Positions 1 to 9,058 are shown, counted from the stretch's first letter. The stretch is 64,000 nt of DNA from Oceanithermus desulfurans (GCF_014201675.1 NZ_JACHEZ010000010.1:14640-78639); one strand, 5' to 3'. The notes: generated by a model from the sequence alone, not told the origin. Made by a program: numbers and translations.

Positions 1-455
1 CCCAGGCTCGCGGTTCAACCGGTCGGTGACCTCGATGATCGGGTCGAAGGAAAGCTCGGGCGGATAGCCCCGGAAGCGTCCGGCGACGGCACGCCACCAG
101 GACGACCCGGTCGTGGTTTTGCGGGCTGGGGTCTTCCTTGAAGCAGGCCGCCTGGTAGGCGACGATCGGCGGCAAGCCCAGCTCGAGGGCATCGCTCACC
201 ACCCGCTCCAGATGATCCAGCAGCTCGGGTGGCGTCCTCGCGCACGCGGATGCGCACGTGGTCGAAACCCATCCGCTTGAAGGCCCGAGCCTCGTCCCGC
301 CGGTAGAGGCGCATGCCCCGGGGCGTCTTGGCCCAGTCCACGTCGACGCCGACCCCCAGGAGGCGCTGGTAGCTGCGGGGGCTCACGGGTGCCCCGGCGT
401 GCGCGTGGGGTGCGGCAAGCAGCAGCAGCCCAAGCCAAAGAACGATCCGCCGCAT
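1..455 (-). pseudogene. Secreted glycoside hydrolase (GH5/cellulase-like) gene, apparently frameshifted; C-terminal part runs off the window edge
   Basis: N-terminus has a signal peptide followed by 'GVDVDWAKTPRGMRLYRRDEARAFKRMGFDHVRIRV', a GH5-like beginning. Near ~240 the frame degenerates, and the sensible continuation ('...LDHLERVVSDALELGLPPIVAYQAACFKEDPSPQNHDRVV...') lies in another frame (track ORF 196..492). Confidence 0.4.
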
Positions 456-504
456 GCCCTTCAGGCCACACCCGCAACGGGCCCGCTCCCACGCGGATAC
501 GGCG

Positions 505-536
505 TGAACTAACTTGACTTAGCTAAGAACTTAGTT
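505..536. promoter_or_regulatory. Nested palindrome AACTAA-N5-CTTAGCTAAG-N3-TTAGTT with TTGACT hexamers upstream of vapB; putative autoregulatory operator/promoter of the toxin-antitoxin pair
   Basis: Perfect inverted repeats read directly in the AT-richer intergenic stretch before the 549 start. Confidence 0.35.
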
Positions 537-548
537 TACATTGACTTT

Positions 549-785
549 ATGGACAAACAGGTCAACGTGCACATGGCCAAGACCCATCTGTCCCGGCTCC
601 TCGAAGTGGTGCTCCTTGGGGAAGAGGTCGTAATCGCCCGCAGCGGCAAGCCCGTAGCCCGTCTGGTGCCTGTACAGGAAACTCCTTCCCGGCGTACCCC
701 GGGCACGGCCCGTGGCCTCGTGCGCATGGCGGACGACTTCGACGCGCCGCTCCCTGCAGACCTCGCGGAGGCCTTTGGGCCGTGA
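549..785 (+). CDS. vapB: Type II antitoxin, Phd/YefM (prevent-host-death) family, partner of VapC
   Basis: 78 aa. 'AKTHLSRLLEVV..GEEVVIARSGKPVARLVP' is typical of Phd/YefM-like antitoxins. Its stop overlaps the downstream PIN gene start (GTGA). Confidence 0.75.
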   Translation: MDKQVNVHMAKTHLSRLLEVVLLGEEVVIARSGKPVARLVPVQETPSRRTPGTARGLVRMADDFDAPLPADLAEAFGP

Positions 786-1171
786 GTCGCCTCCTTCTCG
801 ACACCCACGCCTTTCTCTGGTGGATTTCCGACGACCCGCGCCTTTCCCCCGCCGCGCGCGAGGCCATCGCCGACGGGGCCAGCGAGGTCTACCTGAGCGC
901 CGTCAGCGTCTGGGAGATGGTGATCAAGATGGGCCTCGGCCGGCTGGAGCTTCCGGAAGACCTCGAGTCCTTCCTGGCCCGCCAGCTGCAAGCCAACGGT
1001 TTTCGCCCCCTGGCCATGACCCTGCCCCACGCGCTGGCGGTGCGCCACCTTCCCGACGTGCACAAAGACCCCTTCGACCGCCTCCTCGTAGCCCAAGCAC
1101 GGCATGAGGAGCTGGTGCTCATAAGCGGCGACGAAGCCGTGCAACGCTACCCTGTTTCCGTGATCTGGTGA
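782..1171 (+). CDS. vapC: PIN-domain ribonuclease toxin VapC
   Basis: 129 aa. 'LLDTHAFLWW', 'SAVSVWEM', 'DPFDRLLVAQA' PIN motifs. Translationally coupled to the upstream antitoxin. Confidence 0.8.
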   Translation: MSRLLLDTHAFLWWISDDPRLSPAAREAIADGASEVYLSAVSVWEMVIKMGLGRLELPEDLESFLARQLQANGFRPLAMTLPHALAVRHLPDVHKDPFDRLLVAQARHEELVLISGDEAVQRYPVSVIW

Positions 1172-1173
1172 GC

Positions 1174-1200
1174 TAGATCCGCTCGAAGTAACGCTTGTGG
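1174..1200. repeat. Left copy of a 21-bp perfect (about 29 bp imperfect) direct repeat 'cta[g/a]ATCCGCTCGAAGTAACGCTTG[t/c]gg'. It duplicates the 3' end (KRYFERI-stop) of the glutamine-synthetase-family gene
   Basis: Identical 21-mer at 1177-1197 and 3747-3767. The right copy is the genuine 3' end of the 3743..5128 gene on the minus strand. Confidence 0.8.
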
Positions 1201-1270
1201 CCCTAATTGGCGATCGCTTCCTCGCAAACCTTCATTACAAACTCGAACGGCGCAGGGATACATTCACGAC

Positions 1271-2410
1271 TCATGATCCCGGGAAAAGCGGGATCAGCAA
1301 TTGCCCTTCCTCATCGATCTCCCACTCGATGTTCGGAAACTTCCACCCTTCTCCCAGTGGCTCAGCCTGGCTCGCTGAGAAGCTCCGGTAGTGGCCGCTG
1401 TTCTTCCAGGATGCGAAGCTTTGTTGACGTCGCTCCGCACTCTTTCTCAACACGCTACAGAAAGGCTGGTATACATGAGCCATCTTTTCATTGCGAGAGC
1501 CAAATTTCGTGCGCAGCACCGGGGCCACACCGACGGGGGAGCACAGGCCCCTGTAGGTTCCGTCCGCAACGAATCGGGTCGCACCGAGTAGGAGGTCTGT
1601 CGCCTGCAGAAGCTCGCTGTCCCCGCGCTCGCGTATGTCTGCCTCACATCTGCTCGGATTGGAGTCTACCGCACGGATCTCAAACCCCGGGGCGATGGAG
1701 AACCCGGGACGAAGCTCTGGCTTGAGGCGCTCTATCACGCGCATCTCGTCAATGGGCCTACGAAGGTGCTCGTCCCCGTCCAGAACCAACCCAAGTACTT
1801 CCACCTCAACGCTGGCAAAAACATGGTCAAGTCCTGTGTATCCGTAGTGCAACACACCTTTGATGGCCATCCGCATGAGAGTCTCGAAGTATTTGAGCTT
1901 CCTCTCAGGATCGTCCCCTGAATAAAACTCCCTCAAATACGGTGTGTTAGGCGGAAAAAAGAGTGCTCCAAAGCGAAAGAATGGGTAGGGGAGCTCACCT
2001 CTTGGTCCCTTTTGCCGGAGAGAATCGCAGGAAAGGTCAAGAACCCGTCTTCCGTATGCTTCTCGCTTGCTCCACTCCTTGCCCGTCATCTCCGAGGTGT
2101 GGAGCTCGCCATCGTACTTGATCTCTGTGCGTATCGCCTGAACCTGAGATAGGAACCCCTCTCTGGGTAAAAGCTGTTGAGCGGGTGTAATAACTTCTCC
2201 GAACAAAGGTGAATCTTCAGGCGGCCACTCAAGAGTCAAGGTCTCAGGCACAACCAGGATGCCGTGGGCATGTCGCTTGCCCTCAGGCAACTCGGCTTTC
2301 TTAGTCTCATCATGATAGAGCCATACCCTGAGAATGGCATTGGGTTTTATATTTGCCATCACTTCAGTATTGCTCAAAAACAGCGAGGCAAGTCGCGAAA
2401 TTTGAACCAT
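1271..2410 (-). CDS. Hypothetical protein (about 360-379 aa; likely real start at the internal 'MANIKPN...'), low-GC cargo gene with no recognisable motifs
   Basis: Long intact ORF in a roughly 52% GC segment (the neighbourhood is about 68%). An AT-rich promoter-like region lies upstream (2400-2650). No family recognised by eye. Confidence 0.55.
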   Translation of the reverse strand: MVQISRLASLFLSNTEVMANIKPNAILRVWLYHDETKKAELPEGKRHAHGILVVPETLTLEWPPEDSPLFGEVITPAQQLLPREGFLSQVQAIRTEIKYDGELHTSEMTGKEWSKREAYGRRVLDLSCDSLRQKGPRGELPYPFFRFGALFFPPNTPYLREFYSGDDPERKLKYFETLMRMAIKGVLHYGYTGLDHVFASVEVEVLGLVLDGDEHLRRPIDEMRVIERLKPELRPGFSIAPGFEIRAVDSNPSRCEADIRERGDSELLQATDLLLGATRFVADGTYRGLCSPVGVAPVLRTKFGSRNEKMAHVYQPFCSVLRKSAERRQQSFASWKNSGHYRSFSASQAEPLGEGWKFPNIEWEIDEEGQLLIPLFPGS

Positions 2411-2652
2411 ACCGGCGCAATTACAATGCGGAACTTATTACGGATGGACAATCCCCGGATGATAGCGGTAGAAGTATTCAAGGCACGTATAATTTTGGTT
2501 ATCACAACATATTTTGACAGCATATCAAAACCAAACTTTGATGTATCACAAATACGACACGGTGCATTCTTGTTGGCTCGTGGGTTCTATGAGTAGGACG
2601 GCGACTGCGATACCAAGGTTGAATACACTCAACCTTGATGCATATCACTCCT

Positions 2653-3669
2653 CTAGCTGTGTAGTCCGACCACGTTGTTCACACTAACCCCCAAGCGTGA
2701 GATCGGCGCCTGGTAGCCCAGGCTGCTGTGGGGGCGGTGCCAGTTGTAGTAGTGAAGCCACCGGGGAAGGCGGGCTGCCCGCTCCTCCGAGCTCTGGTAG
2801 ACGTGAGCATAAGCCCACTCACTCAGCAGGGTGCGGATGAAGCGTTCCACCTTCCCGTTCACCCTCGGCGTATAGGGCGGCGTGGTCCTGTGCCGGATGC
2901 CCAGCCACCGGAGCACCCTTTGGAAACGCTTGGATTGGAAGATCCGGGCGTTGTCGGTCATCACCGCCTGCACCCGGATGCCCAACCTCCGGTAGTGGCG
3001 GAGGGCAGAAAGCAGAAAGGCGACGGCGCTCTCTTTTCGCTCGTTCTCCTTCGTCTCCACGTAGGCCAGCCGGCTGTGGGCGTCCACCGCGGCGAAGACG
3101 AAGGCGTAGCCGGCCTTTGGTGAAGCCTGCCTCCTGTCCCCCGTCACCCGGTGCCCGGGGCTACGGAAGCGGGCCAGCTTCTTGGTGTCCAGGTGCAGGA
3201 GCACGCCGGGAGCCTTTACCTCGAAGCGCTTGGGCAGGGGCTTGGGTTCCAAAACAGAAAGGCGGTTCAGCCCCCGGGCCTTGAGGACACGAGCCACCGT
3301 ACTCTTGGAAAGGTTCAGCTTGAAAGCGATGGCGTGGTAGGTCCAGCGGCGCCTGCGGAGCTCGACGACCCGGCGGCGTAGACCCTCATGGGTTCTTCTT
3401 GGACTGCGGCAGGGACGTGAACTGCGGTCGTAGAGACCTGCTTCGCCTTCTTCACGAAAACGCCTGAGCCACTTGTAGGCCGTCCTCGGGCTCACCCCCT
3501 GGGCCTTGGCAACTTCCCTTACCGGCAGGCCCTCGTGGATAATACGAGACACAAGGATGCGTCTTCCCTCGAACGTTAGTCGCGCGTTCTTGTGGCTGTT
3601 CACTGGGGCTTGTCCCCGCGAAGGCGGGGGCCCCTCCTCTCGTGCCAAAAGCCATTCCTTCACAGGCAC
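2653..3669 (-). CDS. IS481-family DDE transposase
   Basis: 338 aa. N-terminal HTH ('RTAYKWLRRFREEG'), then an integrase-core DDE region ('HLDTKKL...', 'VMTDNARIF', 'YTPRVNGKVERF', 'YNWHRPHSSLG'). Confidence 0.9.
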   Translation of the reverse strand: MPVKEWLLAREEGPPPSRGQAPVNSHKNARLTFEGRRILVSRIIHEGLPVREVAKAQGVSPRTAYKWLRRFREEGEAGLYDRSSRPCRSPRRTHEGLRRRVVELRRRRWTYHAIAFKLNLSKSTVARVLKARGLNRLSVLEPKPLPKRFEVKAPGVLLHLDTKKLARFRSPGHRVTGDRRQASPKAGYAFVFAAVDAHSRLAYVETKENERKESAVAFLLSALRHYRRLGIRVQAVMTDNARIFQSKRFQRVLRWLGIRHRTTPPYTPRVNGKVERFIRTLLSEWAYAHVYQSSEERAARLPRWLHYYNWHRPHSSLGYQAPISRLGVSVNNVVGLHS

Positions 3670-3711
3670 CAGGGTACGGGGTTCCAGTGAACAACGTGTT
3701 GGGAGGTTACA
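2658..3711 (-). mobile_element. IS481-family insertion sequence (about 1.05 kb) with imperfect 25-bp terminal inverted repeats starting TGT (TGTGTAGTCCGACCACGTTGTTCAC / TGTAACCTCCCAACACGTTGTTCAC)
   Basis: The inverted repeats were found by reverse-complement comparison of both ends. A single DDE transposase ORF fills the element and its C-terminus overlaps the left IR. Confidence 0.75.
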
Positions 3712-3742
3712 TCAGCAAAGCCCCTTTGGGGTCCAGTGATAA

Positions 3743-3770
3743 CTAAATCCGCTCGAAGTAACGCTTGCGG
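3743..3770. repeat. Right copy of the direct repeat (the native 3' end of the GS-family gene) that bounds the inserted segment 1198-3742
   Basis: See the left copy at 1174-1200. Confidence 0.8.
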
Positions 3771-5128
3771 TCCCAGTCGGTCACCGCCTGCTCGTAGGCC
3801 TTCCACTCGGTGCGGAAGAAGTGCAGGTAGTGGGCGTGCACCTCCTCGCCCAGCACCCGGCGGGCGAGCTCGCTGGCTTCGAAGAGGTCGGCGGCCTCGC
3901 GCAGGCTGTAGGGCACCCGCGGCAGCTCGGCCGCAGCGTAGACGTCGCCCTCGAAGATCGGCGGCGGCTCGATCCGCTGCTCGATGCCCGCGAGGCCGCT
4001 GGCCAGCATGGCGGTGTAGGCCAGGTAGGGGTTCGTGTCGGCTCCGGGGATGCGGTTTTCCACACGCAACGAAGCGCCCGCGCCGACGACCCGGAAGCCC
4101 GCAGTGCGGTTGTCGTAGCTCCAGGCCAGCCGCGTGGGGGCCCAGGAGGCGTCCTCGTAGCGCTTGTAGCTGTTCACGGTGGGGGCGTAGAAGACCATCC
4201 AGTCGGGGGCGAAACGGATCAGCCCGCCGAGGAAGTGCAGGAAGATCTCGGAGGCCTGGACGCGGCCGATGGACCGCTCGCCGGCAAAGGCGTTCTGCGC
4301 CTCGGCCCAGAGGCTCATGTGGATGTGGCTGCTCGAGCCCGCCTGGCCACCGGCGGGCTTGGCCATGAAGGTGACGCTCATCTCCTGCTGGTCGGCGATC
4401 TCCTTGAGCGCCTCCTTCATGAGCACGTGGCGGTCGGCCATCTCCAGGGCTTCGGTGTAGCGCAGGTTGAGCTCGTGCTGGCCCCGGCCCCACTCGCCCT
4501 TGGTGCTCTCGACGGGGATGCCGGCGTCGCGCAGGTCGCGCCGGGCGGCGGAGTGGAAGGCCTCGGTGCGCGAACCCTGGAAGACGTGGTAGTCCTCCAG
4601 GTACCAGCCCGCGGGCCGAAGGGCGGCGAAGCCGCGATCGGCAAACTCACGGTAAGGGGTCTCGAAGAGGTAGTACTCGAGCTCGGAGGCCGCCATGACG
4701 GCGAACCCCGCCTCGGCGGTGCGCGCCAGCTGCGCCCTCAGCAGGTTGCGCGGGGCCACGGGCACGGGCTCGTGGTTCGCGGTGCTCAGCACGTCGGCGA
4801 GGACGATTGCGCTGCTGGAGGTCCGGTGCCAGGTGGCGGGGCGCAGGGTGTCGAGGTCGGGCACCAGGTGGACGTCGCCGTAGCCGCGCTCCCAGTTGGC
4901 GAAGGCGTAGCCGGGCACCGGGTTCATCTCCATGTCCACGGTGAGCAGGTAGTCGCAGGCGTGGGTACCGGCGCGGGCGGCGGCCTCGAGGAAGAACTCG
5001 GCGTCGAAGCGTTTGCCCATCAGGCGTCCATAGAGGTCGGGGAAAGCGACGATGACGGTGTCGATCTCGCCCTCGGCCACCAGGCCGGCCAGGGCATCGA
5101 GCGTGAGTTTGCCGCGGGGGTGGGGCAT
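3743..5128 (-). CDS. Glutamine synthetase family protein (GlnA3/PuuA-like, about 460 aa)
   Basis: Motifs typical of the GS catalytic domain ('KPAGGQAGSSSHIHMSLW', 'NSYKRY', 'NRTAGFRV..ENRIPGADTNPYLA'). Confidence 0.85.
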   Translation of the reverse strand: MPHPRGKLTLDALAGLVAEGEIDTVIVAFPDLYGRLMGKRFDAEFFLEAAARAGTHACDYLLTVDMEMNPVPGYAFANWERGYGDVHLVPDLDTLRPATWHRTSSSAIVLADVLSTANHEPVPVAPRNLLRAQLARTAEAGFAVMAASELEYYLFETPYREFADRGFAALRPAGWYLEDYHVFQGSRTEAFHSAARRDLRDAGIPVESTKGEWGRGQHELNLRYTEALEMADRHVLMKEALKEIADQQEMSVTFMAKPAGGQAGSSSHIHMSLWAEAQNAFAGERSIGRVQASEIFLHFLGGLIRFAPDWMVFYAPTVNSYKRYEDASWAPTRLAWSYDNRTAGFRVVGAGASLRVENRIPGADTNPYLAYTAMLASGLAGIEQRIEPPPIFEGDVYAAAELPRVPYSLREAADLFEASELARRVLGEEVHAHYLHFFRTEWKAYEQAVTDWDRKRYFERI

Positions 5129-5267
5129 CTTGGCTCCTTTGGACCAGTATACCGCCCGGCGGGTTTTAGCCTTCCTTCAGCGTCAGCTGCCCGCAGGCCG
5201 CGCCCACGTCCATACCTTGGTCCCGGCGAACGGTCGTGGAGATCTCCCCTTCTCATCCCAAAACACG

Positions 5268-5280
5268 CTAGCCTGGCTAG
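5268..5280. promoter_or_regulatory. Perfect palindrome CTAGCC-T-GGCTAG about 25 nt upstream of the second antitoxin start; putative operator
   Basis: 6-1-6 inverted repeat read in the intergenic region between the GS-family gene and the second VapB. Confidence 0.35.
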
Positions 5281-5305
5281 ACTGGGTGTAGAGGTGAGGA
5301 ACATC

Positions 5306-5554
5306 ATGAGAAGCTGGTCGCTTCAGGACGCCAAGAACAAGTTCAGTGAGCTGGCCCGCCGCGCTGAGGTCGAGGGTCCCCAGTTCGTCACCCGGCACGG
5401 ACGTGAAGCCGTGGTGGTGGTTTCCGCAGCCGAGTTCCGGCGCCTGACGGCTCCGCGGGAAGACTTGGTCAGCTTTTTAGCGCATTCGCCGCTGGTCGGT
5501 GAGGGGTTGGAGATTGAGCGCGACGCCTCGCCCGCACGCGAACTGGAACTCTAG
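5306..5554 (+). CDS. vapB: Type II antitoxin (Phd/YefM / VapB-like), second TA pair
   Basis: 82 aa. 'MRSWSLQDAKNKFSELARRAEVEGPQFVTRHGREAVVVVSAAEF' is the canonical Phd/VapB N-terminus. It is the tail of an otherwise antisense artefact ORF (3821..5554). The stop overlaps the downstream start (TAGTG). Confidence 0.75.
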   Translation: MRSWSLQDAKNKFSELARRAEVEGPQFVTRHGREAVVVVSAAEFRRLTAPREDLVSFLAHSPLVGEGLEIERDASPARELEL

Positions 5555-5979
5555 TGCGCTACCTACTCGACACCCCGGTCATTTCCGAGCTGGTGCGACC
5601 CCAGCCCGAGGCACGGGTGGCGGGGTGGGTTCGTCGCGCTGAACCCACCTCGCTGTACTTGTCGGTCATTACCTTTGGCGAGCTGGCCAAGGGCATCGAG
5701 AGGCTGGCCATTGGGGGCAAGCGCCGTCGGCTGCTGGCCTGGGTCGAGAACGACTTGAAGGGTTGGTTCGCGGGTCGCGTCCTGGCAGTGGACCTGGAGG
5801 TCGCCGAGCGCTGGGGGTTGCTCTTGGCTCGTGCGGAACTGGATGGGGCTCCACTGCCGGCGGTGGACGCGCTTCTGGCGGCCAGTGCGCTTACGCACAA
5901 CCTCGTCTTGGTCACCCGGAACACCCGCCACTTCCGGGTGCCGGGCCTGGAAGTCTTCGATCCCTGGACTGACGCCTAG
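5554..5979 (+). CDS. vapC: PIN-domain toxin VapC (second pair)
   Basis: 141 aa. '[16 protein letters not shown]...', '[11 protein letters not shown]', '[16 protein letters not shown]'. Confidence 0.8.
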   Translation: MRYLLDTPVISELVRPQPEARVAGWVRRAEPTSLYLSVITFGELAKGIERLAIGGKRRRLLAWVENDLKGWFAGRVLAVDLEVAERWGLLLARAELDGAPLPAVDALLAASALTHNLVLVTRNTRHFRVPGLEVFDPWTDA

Positions 5980-7094
5980 CTTTCCTTCAGCGCCAGCTGC
6001 CCACAGGCCGCGCCCACGTCCACGCCGCGGCTCCAGCGGACCGAAACCGGAACCCCCGCCTCTTCGAGTGCGTGGGCGAAGCGCTGGATCCGCTTCCGGC
6101 CGCTGCCTTCCACCGGCGCGCCCTCCCAGGGGTTGAAGGGAATCAGGTTGACGTGGGCCACCAGGCCCTTCAGAATCCGGGCCAGCTCGCGGGCCTGCTC
6201 CTCGCGGTCGTTGACGCCCCGCAGCATGGTGTACTCGATCGTCACCCGCCGCTTGGTGCGGTCGAAGTAGGCCCGAACGGCGTCCATGATCTCGGCGATC
6301 GTGTAGCGGTGAGCCGTGGGGATGATCTTCTTCCGTGTCTCGTCGTCGGGGGCGTGCAGGCTGAGCGCCAGCTTGACCCCCAGGTCGTCCGCGGCCAGGC
6401 GCCGGATGCCGCGGGGAATACCCACGGTCGAGAGGGTGACGCGGCGGGGGCTCATGGCCAGGGCGCGCTTGTTCAGCATCCGCCGCACCGCCCAGGCGAC
6501 GTTCTCGTAATTGAGCAGCGGCTCGCCCATGCCCATCAGCACCACGTTGCGAATTTCACGGGGAGAAAGGCCCTGGTGGTAGGCCACGGCCAGGATCTGG
6601 TCGAGGATCTCGGGGCCCGTCAGGTTGCGGCCAAAGCCCATCTTGCCGGTGGCGCAGAAGCTGCAGCCGGCGGGGCAGCCCACCTGACTGGAGATGCAGA
6701 CGGTCTTGCGGTCGGCGTAGGGCAGGAAAACGGCCTCGGTGCGCTGGCCGTCGTGCAGGGTGAACAGGTACTTTACCGAGCCGTCGGCCGAAGGAAAGGC
6801 CTGCACCAGGGCGAACTCGCTGATGCGCCACTCGGCGGGCAGGGCCCCGCGCAGGCGGCGCGGCAGGTCGGTCATCTCGTCGAACTCGCGCGCCCCCTTC
6901 TTGTAAAGCCAGCTGGCGATCTGGTTCTTGCGGTAGCCCTTGCCGGGCAGCTCGTCCGGCGGCTCGGGCAGCAGAATAGGCCTGCGCTCGTCGGGCACCA
7001 CCGCCGCCTCGGGCGCCTGCGCGGGCACGTAGCAAGCCCCCCCGTCGGTCGGGGGTTCGTCTCGTTCGGTGCGGAAGGTAGGGCGTTCGTTCAT
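5976..7094 (-). CDS. rlmN: 23S rRNA (adenine2503-C2)-methyltransferase / tRNA m2A37 methyltransferase RlmN (radical SAM). The ORF as drawn probably over-extends the N-terminus
   Basis: '[26 protein letters not shown]' radical-SAM CxxxCxxC. '[12 protein letters not shown]' and '[10 protein letters not shown]' are RlmN signatures. Confidence 0.85.
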   Translation of the reverse strand: MNERPTFRTERDEPPTDGGACYVPAQAPEAAVVPDERRPILLPEPPDELPGKGYRKNQIASWLYKKGAREFDEMTDLPRRLRGALPAEWRISEFALVQAFPSADGSVKYLFTLHDGQRTEAVFLPYADRKTVCISSQVGCPAGCSFCATGKMGFGRNLTGPEILDQILAVAYHQGLSPREIRNVVLMGMGEPLLNYENVAWAVRRMLNKRALAMSPRRVTLSTVGIPRGIRRLAADDLGVKLALSLHAPDDETRKKIIPTAHRYTIAEIMDAVRAYFDRTKRRVTIEYTMLRGVNDREEQARELARILKGLVAHVNLIPFNPWEGAPVEGSGRKRIQRFAHALEEAGVPVSVRWSRGVDVGAACGQLALKES

Positions 7095-7182
7095 CGTCGG
7101 CGGTAGACGGCCGCCGCGCCCGGGGCGCGGGCGTCCATCGGAACAGTCTACCGCGTGGGCGCAGCAAGCGCGAGCCCCGGGC

Positions 7183-7515
7183 TCAGGCGTGCGGCACGGT
7201 CCTGGAGAAGGCGAAGATGACCACCACGCCCAGCACGATCAGCGCCATCCCCGCCACCGCCGCCGCGTCGGGCGCCTGACCGTAGAGCCGCCAACCGGCG
7301 AGGGTGATGAGAACGATGCCCACGCCCGACCAGACCGCGTAGGTGACGCCCAGGGGAATGGTCTTGAGGGTCAGGCTCATGAAGTAGAAGGCGGCGCCGT
7401 AGCCCAGGGCCACGATCAGGGTGGGCAGCGGACGGGCGAAACCCTCGGCGGCCTTGAGGGCGCTGGTGCCGACCACCTCGGCCAGGATCGCCAGGGCCAG
7501 GTAAAGGTAGGCCAT
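7183..7515 (-). CDS. SMR-family small multidrug resistance transporter (EmrE/QacE-like, 4 TM)
   Basis: 110 aa and hydrophobic. '[21 protein letters not shown]...[17 protein letters not shown]' is the conserved-Glu SMR pattern. Confidence 0.8.
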   Translation of the reverse strand: MAYLYLALAILAEVVGTSALKAAEGFARPLPTLIVALGYGAAFYFMSLTLKTIPLGVTYAVWSGVGIVLITLAGWRLYGQAPDAAAVAGMALIVLGVVVIFAFSRTVPHA

Positions 7516-7571
7516 GGCCCCAATCTACCGGAGGGGGGCCGGTTCGGTGCAGGTCGGCTCTGGACGCGAGG

Positions 7572-7904
7572 CTAGGCGAAAACGCGTTCCCTGCCCAGGT
7601 CCTTGACCAGCAGGTAGTAGAAGACCGCGCGCGACTTGCGGCGCTCGGCCTTCATCCGCTCGCAGACCTTCTTGACGGCGGCGTCGAGCCCGGGGCCGTC
7701 CTTCAGCCCCAGCTTCTTGATCAGGAAGTTCTTCTTCACCGTCGCCAGCTCCTTGGGGTCGGAGCAGGAAACGAGCGCGGTATCGGGCCTCCGCATCACC
7801 AGGGCGTAGTTCTTGACCAGGGCGGCGAGCAGGGCCTCGTCGGGCTTGGGGTCGTACTTCCTGACGGCTTCCAGGGTCTTGGACAGCAGCTCTGCGTTGG
7901 TCAC
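7572..7904 (-). CDS. Small cytosolic hypothetical protein
   Basis: 110-aa intact ORF with high-GC codon usage. Family not recognised with certainty (possibly DUF2853-like). Confidence 0.5.
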   Translation of the reverse strand: MTNAELLSKTLEAVRKYDPKPDEALLAALVKNYALVMRRPDTALVSCSDPKELATVKKNFLIKKLGLKDGPGLDAAVKKVCERMKAERRKSRAVFYYLLVKDLGRERVFA

Positions 7905-8009
7905 GGTTGCTACCTCCCAAGGCCCAGGCTACGCCCGGGTGGCCCGAGAGGTGTAAAGCCGCGGTAAAACCCGGCCGCGTGGCGGCCGAGAGAAAGGGAG
8001 CGGCCGCGG

Positions 8010-8462
8010 TTACTCGCCCGCCGGTTCGCCCGCCAGCTCTTCCATCAGGTACTCGAGCCGCATCCGCGCGTTGTCCTGCGAGCCGTAGATGCTGCGCAGC
8101 AACTCGCCGCCCGGCGCGAAGACGAGCCAGTGGGGCGTGCCTTCCACTCCCCAGCCCCGGGCCAGCTCGCCCGTGAGGTCGAGCGCCACCGGGAAGGGCA
8201 GCTTGGCGAAGTCGCGCGCGAAGTACTCGAGCTGGGGCACGACCTCGTCGCGCTCGAAGCGCTTGTGCCCGTAGGCGGTGTGCACCGTCAGGACCTGCAG
8301 CCGGTCGCCGTACTCGCGGACGAGCTGCTTGAGGAAGGGGATGCCGCGGGCGATGCAGCCCGGGCACTCGAGGTTGAAGAACATTACGATGCCGGGCTTG
8401 TCCCAGCGCTCGGGCGGCGGCACCGGGTCCATCCAGACGAAGTCGGTCGGCCAGTCTCCCAT
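8010..8462 (-). CDS. Thioredoxin-like/redoxin family protein (CPGC active site)
   Basis: 'FFNLECPGCIARGIP' is a CxxC thioredoxin-fold motif; 150 aa. Confidence 0.7.
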   Translation of the reverse strand: MGDWPTDFVWMDPVPPPERWDKPGIVMFFNLECPGCIARGIPFLKQLVREYGDRLQVLTVHTAYGHKRFERDEVVPQLEYFARDFAKLPFPVALDLTGELARGWGVEGTPHWLVFAPGGELLRSIYGSQDNARMRLEYLMEELAGEPAGE

Positions 8463-8530
8463 ACCGGCGGACAGTGTAGCACACCCAGTTTGGGGTACCG
8501 CAGGCGCGCCTGGCAGCCTAGCCTGAGGGC

Positions 8531-9058
8531 ATGAAACGGATCCTGCTCTTCCTGGGCCTCAGCCTGACGCTCGCCGCCTGCAGCCTGGCGCCGATCACGA
8601 TCGACCTAATGCCCACCCTCCAGCAGAACGGCGCCGACGCCGGCACCCAGACGGTCACCGCCGCAGGCGCCCTCGACCTGAGGCTCCCCGACCGCTCCGG
8701 CTACGGGGTTAGCGGTTACGAGGTGCCCTCGCTGCGCCCGAACCAGGTCAGGCTCGAGTACACCCTGGTGCTCGAACAGGACGGCGGACTGAGCGGAAGC
8801 GCGGAACTGCGCTTCTACCTGGCCCCCACAGGAGCCGACCTCTGGAACGCCGCGGAGCAGGTCGGCGACCCAATCGCGGTGGACCTCAGCCAGACCTCCA
8901 CCACCCTCTCGGGCAGCCTGGAGCTCAGCCCCGAGCAGATCGACACGCTGATGTCGGGCACGCTCACGGTGGGCGCCCGCATCGCCGGCACGGCCAGCGG
9001 AACGGCCACGGTGAGCTACCGTTTCGAACGGCTGGTCCTCAAGGTCGCCTTCTTCTAA
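8531..9058 (+). CDS. Lipoprotein, hypothetical
   Basis: Signal peptide with lipobox 'LTLAAC'; 175 aa. Confidence 0.6.
   Translation: MKRILLFLGLSLTLAACSLAPITIDLMPTLQQNGADAGTQTVTAAGALDLRLPDRSGYGVSGYEVPSLRPNQVRLEYTLVLEQDGGLSGSAELRFYLAPTGADLWNAAEQVGDPIAVDLSQTSTTLSGSLELSPEQIDTLMSGTLTVGARIAGTASGTATVSYRFERLVLKVAFF

Noticed and set aside
2264-2596. 110-aa plus-strand ORF in the AT-rich stretch upstream of the orphan gene
   Set aside because: It overlaps the 5' end and promoter region of the 1271..2410 gene. There is no RBS or sensible composition, and it is probably a promoter region.
3821-5554. 577-aa ORF on the plus strand across the GS-family gene
   Set aside because: It is antisense to a well-supported gene, with low-complexity Gly/Ala/Val-rich translation typical of high-GC mirror frames. 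Only its last 82 codons (the antitoxin) are real.
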